64,000 nt of DNA from Mytilus trossulus (lineage: Eukaryota), in the NCBI RefSeq assembly GCF_036588685.1, contig NW_026963315.1, positions 3,658,001 through 3,722,000 on the forward strand. The letters are read 5' to 3'. Positions 1-12,604 of this stretch are shown piece by piece. The notes below the pieces were generated by a model. The model was not told where the DNA came from, searched no databases, and worked only from the letters and a program-made list of their open reading frames with translations. The position numbers and the translations under genes were made by a program. Each line of letters begins with the position of its first letter. The first letter of the stretch is position 1.

Positions 1-199
1 CTGTTTTTGTTTTGTTTATTTTTGTGTGTTTCAAAATAACACAATACCTAAATGAAGAAAGGTATACTATTTATACTTTTTAAAATGATGAATAAACAGT
101 TTTTGCAATTTACTTTTAGTCAACTGTTAGTGTTTCACTTTAAGAAAAAAAATAAAATGACAGATTTTGTAAACATTTTACAAAAGTCATAAAGATATC

Positions 200-800
200 T
201 ACATAACAATTGGGTCATCTTGACCTACATTTCATCCTTGAGTCACTTTGCTTTAGTTTTAGGTTCAGATCAATATCTACAATACTATACATCATATATC
301 AATAAAACTTCATCAGTAAGGGCATCTTACAGAGTAATGACTGAGTATACAAACAACAAATAGGTCACCTCAACTCAAATTTCAAACTTTATGTAACTTT
401 AGTCCAGTTTTTCAGTTGAGGTTTAAGCTACAACTATACTTCATACATGTATATCAATAAAACTTTATCAATATACCTAATTGATAAATTTCATCGATTA
501 ATGCAGGTCCAATAATAAATTTGGCAACCTTGATTTACATTTTATGCTTGAATGATTTTGGCTTAGGTCTATATCTCGGATACTATCCACATGTCAAACA
601 TATTCCATCAGTGAATACATCTCAAAGAGTAATACAGTCCTAATGAACAACTGGATCACCTTGACCTTCATTTACTCTTCTACGAGTCAATATCATTTTA
701 TGGTTATTTAATACCAAGGATGCTGTACATCATATACCAATACTACCTCATCTTGGAAAGTAATGAACACTCACACAACAATTGTTCAACTTTTATTTTT
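200..800. repeat. Degenerate ~130-160 bp tandem repeat upstream of the Helitron ORF
   Basis: Motif caa(t/a)tgg(g)tcaNcttgacct-like recurs at ~208, 358, 517, 648 and 778. Confidence 0.45.
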
Positions 801-1195
801 TCCATGTTTCACCAGTTTTGGTAAAGTTTAAGTTTAGGTTCTCATTACTGATCAGTATTATATAGCAAAACAAATATTTCTGTACTTAATACATTACTTT
901 TTATTAGTAAACATCAACACCACAAATAACTGTATCTTACTATTCGTTCTTTTGTAATATCAACACCAAATCATATTGTTAGATTGGGAACGGGGACAGG
1001 ATTACCTGCCATTACCTACTGTTCCATTTCTTTACATGTATATTATTTAAGTCTCCTTGCAGGACTCTGACAAACTTAGACATGCTTAGAACGACATTGT
1101 ACAGCCCTAATAGTTTATGAATTTCTTTTTTAAAAATTCTTCACTAAACATAATTTTTTTGACATGTTATTTTATTACATTTTTTTTTTAGAAAA

Positions 1196-4100
1196 ATGCC
1201 AAGAAAACCTAAGTCAGCAGCTCATCAGGTCATGCTGAAAAAAAAGAGTAATAAACGTTCAGCCCAAACAACGACTACACAACCTGCATCTAAAAAGAGA
1301 AATCAATAGCATCAGTATCTTTAAATGACCTATACTGTGGAAAACTAACCTTGCCATCAATCGATGACATTGGCAAAATGGATAATGTTTGTAGTCACTG
1401 CTCAGCTCATATGTGGAAACATGAAATACACAAAGGTTCTCTTAATTTGAATGCAAAATTTTCTACTTGCTGTTCTCAGGGAAAAATAACTATTCCAGCT
1501 TTACTCACACCACCTGAAACACTAAAAACACTTCTAACTGAAAATACAACTCGAGCCAAGTACTTTAGACAAAATATACGAGCATTTAATTCCAGCTTGG
1601 CTTTTTCTTCTTTGGGTGTAAAAGAAGACATACTTAAATCAAGAGGTCCTTACACATTCCGCATTAGTGGCTCAGTATACCACAGAATTGGTCAGTTGTT
1701 TCCAGAACCAGGAAAAGCTCCAAAGTTTGCTCAGATTTATATTTATGACACTGATAATGAGTTAGCAAACAGATTGCTTTGGAATAGTGACTTAGATGAA
1801 GATATCCTTACTGATCTTCAAACAGTGATGCATGAATGCAACCCATTTGTTCATACCTTTAAGCATGCCGCTGATGTAATGAAAACAAATGAAAATTTTC
1901 AATTAATTTTAACGTCTGATACCACAAAGGACTCAAGACGCTACAATTTGCCAACTTCTTCTGAAATTTCAGTTATACTCCCTGGAACTAACACTACAGA
2001 ACCTTCGAAACGTGATATTGTTTTATACTGTAGATCCACTAATCACCCTGAAGGGCATAACATAATTCATATCAATGAAACACACTCAAAATATGACTCT
2101 CTACATTATGTACTATTGTTTCCTTTCGGTGAAGATGGTTGGCATATTGATATCAAACACAATGACAATAAAAGGAAAGTTTCGGCAATGGAGTTCTATT
2201 CTTACCGCTTAATGCAAAGATCAGATTTTAATATTATATTGAAAAGTGGAAGGCTATTTCATCAATACATAGTTGATCAGTTTGCTAAAATTGAGCAAGA
2301 AAGACTTAACTATTGCCTTTATCATCAACATGAATTAAGATCTGAACTTTACCAAGGTCTCAGTGATGCTATAAACTCAGGTGATGTTGACGGTGCAACT
2401 GTTGGAAAAAAAATTATTCTGCCATCTTCATTTACTGGCAGTCCACGTTGTATGCATCAGTTTTACCAAGACGCTATGTCTATTGTAAGGAAGTTTGGAA
2501 AACCAGATGTCTTCATAACTTTCACATGCAATCCTAACTGGCCTGAAATTAAAAATGCTCTCTTGGGTAATCAAACACCTGCAGACCGTCTAGATCTCAC
2601 AGCACGTGTTTTCCATCTTAAGTTAAAGAACCTACTTAATGATATTGTCCAGCAACAAATATTTGGAAAAAACATTGGCACATGTATATATAGTTGAATT
2701 TCAAAAACGTGGATTACCCCATTCCCACATTCTTATAATATTACATCATGACAGCAAACCATTCACACCAGATGCATATGATGAATATGTATCAGCTGAA
2801 ATTCCTGATCCAAAATTGTTACCAGACTTGCACAAATTAGTTGTGTCCCATATGATACATGGACCATGTGGAGAAGCGAACAAGCATTCACCATGTATTG
2901 AGAATGGAAAATGTACTAAACAATTTCCAAAACAGTTTTATGAAAAAACATTCCAAACCACTGACGGTTATCCTAACTATAGACGCAGGGATAATGGAAC
3001 AACAATTGAAAAAAATGGAGCAATTGTAGACAATCGATGGGTAGTACCATATAATCCATACCTATTAGCAAAATTTGTAGCTCACATTAACGTTGAAATA
3101 TGTACAAGTATTACATCAGTAAAATATTTGTACAAATATGTGTACAAGGGACCTGATAGAGTCATGGCAGTAACTGAACAAGTCTGTACAAAAAATGATT
3201 CCAAAAATATTATCAATGAAATAACAAACTTTGTAGATGCTAGGTACATATCTGCATCTGAAGCAAGCTGGCGTATGTTTCATTACGAATTACATGACAG
3301 GTCACCAGCTATTCAACGTTTAGCCGTTCATCTTCCACACCAAGAAAATGTTGTTTATAAGGTCGGAAATGCAGTGCACACCTTAGAACATGCAAAAAAC
3401 ACTACACTTACTGCATGGTTTAACATAAACGCAGAGGACCCAAATGCAAGATCAGTGTTGTACCATCATTTCCCAGAACAATATACTTGGGACCCATCTA
3501 CATCCACATGGAAGCCTCGAAAAGCAGGAAATATGATTGGTAGGGTATACCAAGCAAATCCATCTGAAGGTGAACGCTTTTACCTAAGACTTCTCTTACA
3601 CCACATACCAGGGTGTAAATCGTTTGAAGATCTGCGAAGTTTAGATGATGGCACTATTTGTGACTCTTTCAAAGAGGCAGCACTCAAACGTGGCTTTTTA
3701 CAAGACGACCAAGAATGGATTGAATGTCTACAAGAAGCAACTTTATCTGCATCTCCTGCACACATAAGGTCACTTTTTGTTACAATTTTAATTTTCTGTG
3801 AGCCTTCAAATCACATAGTACTTTGGGAGAATTTCAAAGGTCCTATGTCTGACGATGTTAAATATAAAATGACAAATATCTGCGCGAACAACAATGAAGA
3901 TTCTGTAACTAATCGACTACTTACAGTTTTAGAAAGTCAACTCCGTATTCATGGAAAATCATTGTTTGATTTCCCAGGAATGCCACATCTAACCGAGGAA
4001 AATCCTTCAGATATGACATATGAACCAAACTTCTGCCCTGCTGAGCAAAAACAAATAGCTGACATGAATGTGTTGATGCTTAACACAGATCAACGTAAAG

Positions 4101-5488
4101 TTTTTCAAGCAATCCTGGATGCTGTCCAGACTGAAACTAAACAAAAAATATTCTTTGTTGATGGCCCTGGAGGATCAGGGAAGACCTTTTTATACAATAC
4201 TTTATTAGCACGTGTCCGATCGGAACATAGGGTTGCCCTGGCTGTGGCATCATCTGGCATTGCAGCCGAGTTATTGAGTGGAGGGAGGACAGCTCATTCC
4301 ACATTTAAAATACCTATCCCAATACTAGAAACAAGTACATGTAATATAAGCAAGCAAAGTATATTAGCAGAATCAATCCGTACCGCATCAATTATTATTT
4401 GGGACGAGGCTCCAATGGTCCATAAACATGTTATTGAGTGTGTTCACAGAACTTTCTGTGATATAATGGAATGTAATGATCCATTTGGAGGCAAAATTGT
4501 TATGTTAGGCGGTGACTTTAGACAGATTCTTCCGGTTATAAGGCATGGGAGGCAAGCCGACATTGTCGAAAGTAACCTAAAGAGGTCATTCTTATGGCAG
4601 AATATACAAACATTGCATTTAACTATCAATATGCGTGTTCGCACAAATAATTCATTTTCTGATGAAGCATTTGAAAAATTTCTTCTTCGTATAGGCAATG
4701 GAACACAGCAAATTTTGGATGATGGACAATCTACCATTGAGTTACCAAGATATATATGTATTGAGCCAAATAATAATGGACTCCAAAAATTGATAGATAG
4801 TGTATATCCAAATTTGAAAACGGTAGATCCTGATAATAGTTATTTGGGAAGAGCAATATTAACTACCAAAAATGAAAATGTGGACAAAATTAACACCTTA
4901 GTCATGGATCAATTTCCTGCTACACCATCAAACACCAAAATTTATCTCAGTGCTGATGCAGTTGCAGATGAAGACCAGCAAGGTCATTATCCAACTGAAT
5001 TTCTGAATTCGTTAACACCGTCTGGAACACCTCCACACAAATTGTACTTAAAGAAAAAAGCGCCCATAATACTTTTGCGCAATTTAAATCCTACAGAGGG
5101 ATTACTTAATGGAACACGACTATGTGTGCTTAACTTAGGCACCAGAATTATAGAGGCTAAAATTCTAACTGGACAACATTCTGGCAATACTGTATTTTTA
5201 CCAAGGATTACAATCATTCCATCAGATCCTGGACTTCCCTTTGACCTAAAACGCCGACAATTTCCTATTAGACCAGCCTTTGGAATTACAATTAATAAGT
5301 CTCAGGGACAAACATTAGATCATATTGGTTTAGACCTCACAGAGCCAGTTTTCTCACATGGACAATTATATGTAGCCCTATCTAGAGTCCGCTCTTTTCG
5401 TTCATTAACAATACTTCCTAACAAAGATTTCTTCGTCAATGAGAAATACACAACACAAAATATAGTGTACAAGGAAGTTTTAAATTAA
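1196..5488 (+). CDS. Helitron Rep/Helicase (HUH replication initiator + PIF1-family helicase), split by two 1-nt frameshifts (~1300 and 2667-2672)
   Basis: Cys-rich N-terminus (CSHC...CCSQGK); Rep motifs FITFTCNPNWPEI, VEFQKRGLPHSHIL and YLYKYVYKG; helicase motifs DGPGGSGKT, IIWDEAPM, GGDFRQILPV, TINKSQGQTL and HGQLYVALSRV. GLPH rather than GSPH indicates a canonical Helitron, not a Helentron. ATG 1196 follows a polypyrimidine-AG acceptor and encodes a basic NLS-like leader MPRKPK...KKR. Confidence 0.93.
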
Positions 5489-5622
5489 ACTTCAGACTAT
5501 TCTTTGTTTAAATAATGTAACATATATTTGCCATCTTTCTATACCTCCACCAGTGAACCGGCCATATATAATATTTTACATATCCGTCCGTCCGTCTGTA
5601 CCATTTGTAGGTTTAAACAACT

Positions 5623-5653
<31 letters not shown>

Positions 5654-5659
<6 letters not shown>

Positions 5660-5975
5660 AAGATGTGGTGTATTTGCCAACGAGACAACTCTTCACAACA
5701 GACCAAATTACACAGAAATTAACAATTATAGGTCACCGTACGGCCTTCAACAGTAAGCAAAGCCCATACCGCATTGTAAGCTATTAAAGGTCCCAAAATG
5801 ACATGTAAAACAATTCAAACGAGAAAATTGACGGCCTAATTCACGTACAAAAAATGAACGAAAACCAAATATGTATATATTATAACACAGCAACAAAAGA
5901 TAACCACTGAATTGCAGGCTCCTGACTTGGGACAGGCACATATAAATATAATGTGGCGGGGTTAAACATGCAAGT
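5654..5975 (+). repeat. Dispersed repeat family A (aaagaagatgtgg...ggctcctgacttgggacaggc...ggggttaaacatg)
   Basis: Homologous reverse-strand copies at ~24872-25015, 45380-45643, 48850-49227 and 59873-60313; head-only copies at ~12975-13058 and 26897-26981. This copy follows a (TA)n tract at 5625-5655. Confidence 0.8.
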
Positions 5976-6504
5976 TAGCAGGATTATGTATTGAAGTGAA
6001 ATTTCTAACACAAATTTAATGTACTGTCTCTCTGTAGTGTTTGTTGTTGTGCACCACGGTTTCTTTTTTTTTCTCACTTGGATGTCTATGGCAGTGCTTA
6101 TTTATGACATCTGCAACTCCGCACTTCCCATTCTATCTTATACAACAGACTTTTCTTTTTTTACATCTAAACTGTTTGTGCACTATCACATTTGATCTGT
6201 AGGGTAGGTTGCAGGGTTATTAGATAACTTTTTTTTGTCATACACAGTATGGAACAATCTGATCAAATAAAAATAGTAATAGTTCAGAGCAAGTTCCAGA
6301 TTTAGAGATTTGATATTCCGGGATTGACAAGACATTTCAAATTGCGCATTGTATAATCATTAAAACACCCTGGAGAATATACACACTTAATTCTTTCAGA
6401 ACAATCAATTTCACTACATCCAAAATATTCATTCAAATTAACACAATCAATCGCCAATAACACTGCACAATCACGGGTTTTTACTAGTATATATATATAT
6501 ATAT

Positions 6505-8968
6505 ATAAGTACGTCTGAGTCAGTGACAACTCTACAACAGATGTATCCATCGGATCGCCATCAATGATGGTGATACATGGCTGTGTACATAATGTATATA
6601 CAACTCGTCTAAACATCAACCCAACAATGTTAGATCTGTAAATTTGCTTCCGCAAATTTTTGGTTCTTCCCTCGCCGGGATTCGAACCCATGCTACTGTG
6701 CTATCGTGACACCAAATCGCCTACACTGCAGCCGTCCCGCTAGACCACACGACCACCTGGGCTCTCATAAAAGAGCTTTCGCTGGCCGTGTGTTACCTTT
6801 CTTCGTCAGTTTTAGTCTAGCGGCGTACTACAGTACATGATATATAAGGCATGAAGATGTTATTGTTACAGATCAGCTAAATTATCTATAGTAAAGGATC
6901 CTACAAATTAATGTAATATACAGTCACAGAAAATAATTATATTTATAAGTACGTCTGAGTCAGTGACAACTCTACAACAGATGTATCCATCGGATCGCCA
7001 TCAATGATGGTGATACATGGCTGTGTACATAATGTATATACAACTCGTCTAAACATCAACCCAACAATGTTAGATCTGTAAGTTTGCTTTCGCAAATTTT
7101 TGTTTCTTCCCTCGCCGGGATTCGAACCCATGCTACTGTGATATCGTGACACCAAATCGCCTGCACTGCAGTCGTCCCGCTAGACCACACGACCACCTGG
7201 GCTCTCATAAAAGAGCTCTCGCTGGCCGTGTGTTACCTTTCTTCGTCAGTTTTAATCTAGCGGCGTACTACAGTACATGATATATAAGGCATGAAGATGT
7301 TATTGTTACAGATCAGCTAAATTATCTATAGTAAAGGATCCTACAAATTAATGTAATATACAGTCACAGAAAATAATTATATTTATAAGTACGTCTGAGT
7401 CAGTGACAACTCTACAACAGATGTATCCATCGGATCGCCATCAATGATGGTGATACATGGCTGTGTACATAATGTATATACAACTCGTCTAAACATCAAC
7501 CCAACAATGTTAGATCTGTAAATTTGCTTTCGCAAATTTTTGGTTCTTCCCTCGCCGGGATTCGAACCCATGCTACTGTGCTATCGTGACACCAAATCGC
7601 CTGCACTGCAGACGTCCCGCTAGACGACACGACCACCTGGGCTCTCATAAAAGAGCTTTCGCTGGCCGTGTGTTACCTTTCTTCGTCAGTTTTAATCTAG
7701 CGGCGTACAACAGTACATGATATATAAGGCATGAAGATGTTATTGTTACAGATCAGCTAAATTATCTATAGTAAAGGATCCTACAAATTAATGTAATATA
7801 CAGTCACAGAAAATAATTATATTTATAAGTACGTCTGAGTCAGTGACAACTCTACAACAGATGTATCCATCGGATCGCCATCAATGATGGTGATACATGG
7901 CTGTGTACATAATGTATATACAACTCGTCTAAACATCAACCCAACAATGTTAGATCTGTAAATTTGCTTTCGCAAATTTTTGGTTCTTCCCTCGCCGGGA
8001 TTCGAACCCATGCTACTGTGATATCGTGACACCAAATCGCCTGCACTGCAGTCATCCAGCTAGACCACACGACCACCTGAGCTCTCATAAAAGAGCTCCC
8101 GCTGGCCGTGTGTTACCTTTCTTCGTCAGTTTTAATCTAGCGGCGTACTACAGTACATGATATATAAGGCATGAAGATGTTATTGTTACAGATCAGCTAA
8201 ATTATCTATAGTAAAGGATCCTACAAATTAATGTAATATACAGTCACAGAAAATAATTATATTTATAAGTACGTCTGAGTCAGTGACAACTCTACAACAG
8301 ATGTATCCATCAGATCGCCATCAATGATGGTGATACAGGGCTGTGTACATAATGTATATACAACTCGTCTAAACATCAACCCAACAATGTTAGATCTGTA
8401 AATTTGCTTTCGCAAATTTTTGGTTCTTCCCTCGCCGGGATTCGAACCCATGCTACTGTGATATCGTGACACCAAATCGCCTGCACTGCAGCCGTCCCGC
8501 TAGACGACACGACCACCTGGGCTCTCATAAAAGAGCTTGCGCTGGCCGTGTGTTACCTTTCTTCGTCAGTTTTAATCTAGCGGCGTACAACAGTACATGA
8601 TATATAAGGCATGAAGATGTTATTGTTACAGATCAGCTAAATTATCTATAGTAAAGGATCCTACAAATTAATGTAATATACAGTCACAGAAAATAATTAT
8701 ATTTATAAGTACGTCTGAGTCAGTGACAACTCTACAACAGATGTATCCATCGGATCGCCATCAATGATGGTGATACATGGCTGTGTACATAATGTATATA
8801 CAACTCGTCTAAACATCAACCCAACAATGTTAGATCTGTAAATTTGCTTTCGCAAATGTTTGGTTCTTCCCTCGCCGGGATTCGAACCCATGCTACTGTG
8901 ATATCGTGACACCAAATCGCCTGCACTGCAGCCGTCCCGCTAGACCACACGACCACCTGGGCTCTCAT
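6505..8968 (-). repeat. Left arm of palindromic array: ~5.6 tandem copies of a 440-bp tRNA-derived unit
   Basis: ataagtacgtctgagt starts units at 6505, 6945, 7385, 7825, 8265 and 8705 (exact 440 period); (TA)n at 6488-6506. Confidence 0.97.
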
Positions 8969-8969
8969 G

Positions 8970-10923
8970 GAAGAACACGGCCAGCAAAAGCTCTTTTATG
9001 AGAGCCCAGGTGGTCGTGTGGTCTAGCGGGACGGCTGCAGTGCAGGCGATTTGGTGTCACGATATCACAGTAGCATGGGTTCGAATCCCGGCGAGGGAAG
9101 AACCAAAAATTTGCGAAAGCAAATTTACAGATCTAACATTGTTGGGTTGATGTTTAGACGAGTTGTATATACATTATGTACACAGCCATGTATCACCATC
9201 ATTGATGGCGATCCGATGGATACATCTGTTGTAGAGTTGTCACTGACTCAGACGTACTTATAAATATAATTATTTTCTGTGACTGTATATTACATTAATT
9301 TGTAGGATCCTTTACTATAGATAATTTAGCTGATCTGTAACAATAACATCTTCATGCCTTATATATAATGTACTGTAGTACGCCGCTAGATTAAAACTGA
9401 CGAAGAAAGGTAACACACGACCAGCGGGAGCTCTTTTATGAGAGCTCAGGTGGTCGTGTGGTCTAGCTGGACGACTGCAGTGCAGGCGATTTGGTGTCAC
9501 GATATCACAGTATCATGGGTTCGAATCCCGGCGAGGGAAGAACCAAAAATTTGCGAAAGCAAATTTACAGATCTAACATTGTTGGGTTGATGTTTAGACG
9601 AGTTGTATATACATTATGTACACAGCCATGTATCACCATCATTGATGGCGATCCGATGGATACATCTGTTGTAGAGTTGTCACTGACTTAGACGTACTTA
9701 TAAATATTATTATTTTCTGTGACTGTATATTACATTAATTTGTAGGATCCTTTACTATAGATAATTTAGCTGATCTGTAACAATAACATCTTCATGCCTT
9801 ATATATCATGTACTGTTGTACGCCGCTAGATTAAAACTGACGAAGAAAGGTAACACACGGCCAGCGAGAGCTCTTTTATGAGAGCCCAGGTGGTCGTGTC
9901 GTCTAGCGGGACGTCTGCAGTGCAGGCGATTTGGTGTCACGATAGCACAGTAGCATGGGTTCGAATCCCGGCGAGGGAAGAACCAAAAATTTGCGAAAGC
10001 AAATTTACAGATCTAACATTGTTGGGTTGATGTTTAGACGAGTTGTATATACATTATGTACACAGCCATGTATCACCATCATTGATGGCGATCCGATGGA
10101 TACATCTGTTGTAGAGTTGTCACTGACTCAGACGTACTTATAAATATAATTATTTTCTGTGACTGTATATTACATTAATTTGTAGGATCCTTTACTATAG
10201 ATAATTTAGCTGATCTGTAACAATAACATCTTCATGCCTTATCTATCATGTACTGTATTACGCCGCTAGATTAAAACTGACGAAGAAAGGTAACACACGG
10301 CCAGCGAAGCTCTTTTATGAGAGCCCAGGTGGTCGTGTGGTCTAGCGGGACGACTGCAGTGCAGGCGATTTGGTGTCACGATATCACAGTAGCATGGGTT
10401 CGAATCCCGGCGAGGGAAGAAACAAAAAGTTGCGAAAGCAAACTTACAGATCTAACATTGTTGGGTTGATGTTTAGACGAGTTGTATATACATTATGTAC
10501 ACAGCCATGTATCACCATCATTGATGGCGATCCGATGGATACATCTGTTGTAGAGTTGTCACTGACTCAGACGTACTTATAAATATAATTATTTTCTGTG
10601 ACTGTATATTACATTCATTTGTAGGATCCTTTACTATAGATAATTTAGCTGATCTGTAACAATAACATCTTCATGCCTTATATATCATGTACTGTAGTAC
10701 GCCGCTAGACTAAAACTGACGAAGAAAGGTAACACACGGCCAGCGAAAGCTCTTTTATGAGAGCCCAGGTGGTCGTGTGGTCTAGCGGGACGGCTGCAGT
10801 GTAGGCGATTTGGTGTCACGATAGCACAGTAGCATGGGTTCGAATCCCGGCGAGGGAAGAACCAAAAATTTGCGAAAGCAAATTTACAGATCTAACATTG
10901 TTGGGTTGATGTTTAGACGAGTT
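8970..10923 (+). repeat. Right arm of palindromic array: ~4.4 inverted copies of the same 440-bp unit
   Basis: Reverse complement of the left-arm units; ends at gtttagacgagt followed by (TA)n (~10923-10944). Confidence 0.97.
9004..9276 (+). ncRNA. Predicted Pol III tRNA-derived (SINE-like) transcript, ~270 nt; representative copy, one cassette per array unit
   Basis: A-box-like TGGTCGTGTGG (9011), with a D-arm resembling tRNA-Leu TGGCCGAGTGGTCTAAGG; B box GGTTCGAATCC (~9078); first T4 terminator at 9273-9276. The acceptor stem does not pair well, so this is not a functional tRNA. Confidence 0.6.
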
Positions 10924-11158
10924 ATATATATATATATATATATATTTTAAAGTTTCAATGTTTTATGTGCGTTTAAGGTGGGTTTTTTTTATAAAGGGGG
11001 GATTATCAATCTCCCATTTACCAGAAGTGCAATCCTCTCAGTTCATTGCTCAAAATGAAAGTCTATATACAACATTATAATATACCATATGTTTTGCACC
11101 CAATATCATGTTAAGTCTCAAATTCTGCATTACAGAACAAAAGTTTCCATCAATTTAA

Positions 11159-11751
11159 GGTCATACGATACAGTTACAGGGAGGTAATCACGTTTCTAAC
11201 GTAAATTGTTATTTTCGCTACGTCTAACTATGACTTTTCGTGGAAAGATTCAGTTTTCGACTGATTTTTATCATTCAATCTTATTTAACTTGAAAAAGAG
11301 TTCATGGACCTCTCTTTTTTAAAATGTCATTTGGTTTGATTACGCGAGAAGATTATGTGTGCCAATTTTCATGAACTCGTAGATAGTGCATTTTTTTTTA
11401 TTTGATGAATATGCAGCAAAAAATTAGGTTTTTCCCTATATCTATGAGCATTTGATAAATATGAGTTATTTCTGAATCAAAAATGTATAATTTTTTAAAT
11501 ACAAATTATTTAAAGAAATCAATTTGTGTTTATCTTTTAAAACAAAAAAGTTATGTCTTTCTTTCGAAAGGGAAAATACGGCCACAAATCCGAATTTTGT
11601 GCAAATATACAAAATTTCGATCTCATTTTCCCAAAACGTAGCACATGAAGGTATATATTTTATTACATATTTAATTGAATCAGGTAAAAAATAGTCTATA
11701 ATGAAACTTTTATCAAAATGTAAATACGGGAACAAACTGTATCGTATGCCC
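11159..11751. mobile_element. Non-autonomous TIR element with TTAA TSD (Kolobok-like GG..CC ends)
   Basis: TTAA|GGTCATACGATACAGTT ... AACTGTATCGTATGCCC|TTAA; a second copy lies at 56996-57616. Confidence 0.88.
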
Positions 11752-12604
11752 TTAAAATAGCCGTTTATATTTTCCCCGTGAATTTATTTTTTGTTGTCTT
11801 ACACTGATATGAGATATGATTTTAAACATTAAATTTAAATGTTTTTATCAAATACTCATGTATTTAGGACGTTTCTTTTAACAGTATGCATGGTAGGGGA
11901 TCTATGATAGTTACCAGTCTATTATAATTTACTATTGTTAACTGTTTTATTAGCCTTACCTAAATGGCGCGTATAGTCTTACAATTATTGTCATATATCA
12001 TAACTTCCTTTAAAATTGCCTCGTTGCTCATTCATTATTTTGTGAACTCCTAGTTCTTGGAGTTTTCTGAGTTTTACATACTTTCTATTTTCTCCATTCC
12101 AAAATTTCTTGTTTATCTTGTTCACCCTTCCAATTTTATGATATGCTAGTATGTAACTGTTTTCATAAGAACTATTAATGGTATATGCACAAAAAATGTC
12201 ATAAGATGTTGGAACATTTTCGTGATTAATTCATCACCATATTGTCATCATATGCTTTCAGATATAAGTTTTAGTGTCACTATCAATAAAATACCATCCA
12301 GTTACGATGATCTTCTCAATTTTAAATACCATAATTACGATTTTCTTTTTTCCGAGTTAAGATTATCATCCCGATTTTTTCAACGGCAATTTTCAAAGCG
12401 CTTAGACAATTCCAGTGCACCGTGACGATTCAAATATGATGTAATGGTATAGAAAAACTTTTCAGCTGAGTAACTATTGACAAAACCATGCAACATTTGT
12501 GAAAAATGACCGTAAAGATTTTACCTATATCTGCCGTCGCCATATTGGGATAGTCGTAATTCAAGTTACGGTTAACACTTTAATACCAGTGACACTTGTC
12601 ACAG

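Larger units (their letters stand above)
1..6487 (+). mobile_element. Helitron; 3' terminus ...cacgggtttttaCTAG|T at 6484-6487; 5' end not identified (may lie outside the window)
   Basis: Rep/Hel ORF plus a CTAG terminus followed by T, preceded by cacggg, the typical 3' arm of the subterminal hairpin. The 5' arm of the hairpin is degraded. Confidence 0.7.

Noticed and set aside
2660-2680. Programmed ribosomal frameshift in the Helitron
   Set aside because: It would need a +1 shift in the middle of the Rep domain, which is not known for Helitrons; a mutation or homopolymer error is simpler.
6302-10582. Repeated 62-70 aa ORFs (MVSRYHSSMGSNPGEGR...)
   Set aside because: By-product of the 440-bp repeat. 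MGSNP is the translated B box, the starts are mostly TTG and one copy has an early stop; there is no coding evidence.
10716-10770. Hammerhead-like CTGACGA...GAAA-GCTCT/AGAGC in the array unit
   Set aside because: There is no stem II, the cleavage triplet lacks the required U, no stem I is evident, and the GAAA is the most variable part of the unit.
6505-10923. CRISPR-like array or true tRNA gene cluster
   Set aside because: There are no unique spacers or cas genes and the context is eukaryotic. The acceptor and anticodon stems do not pair, so the units are tRNA-derived only.
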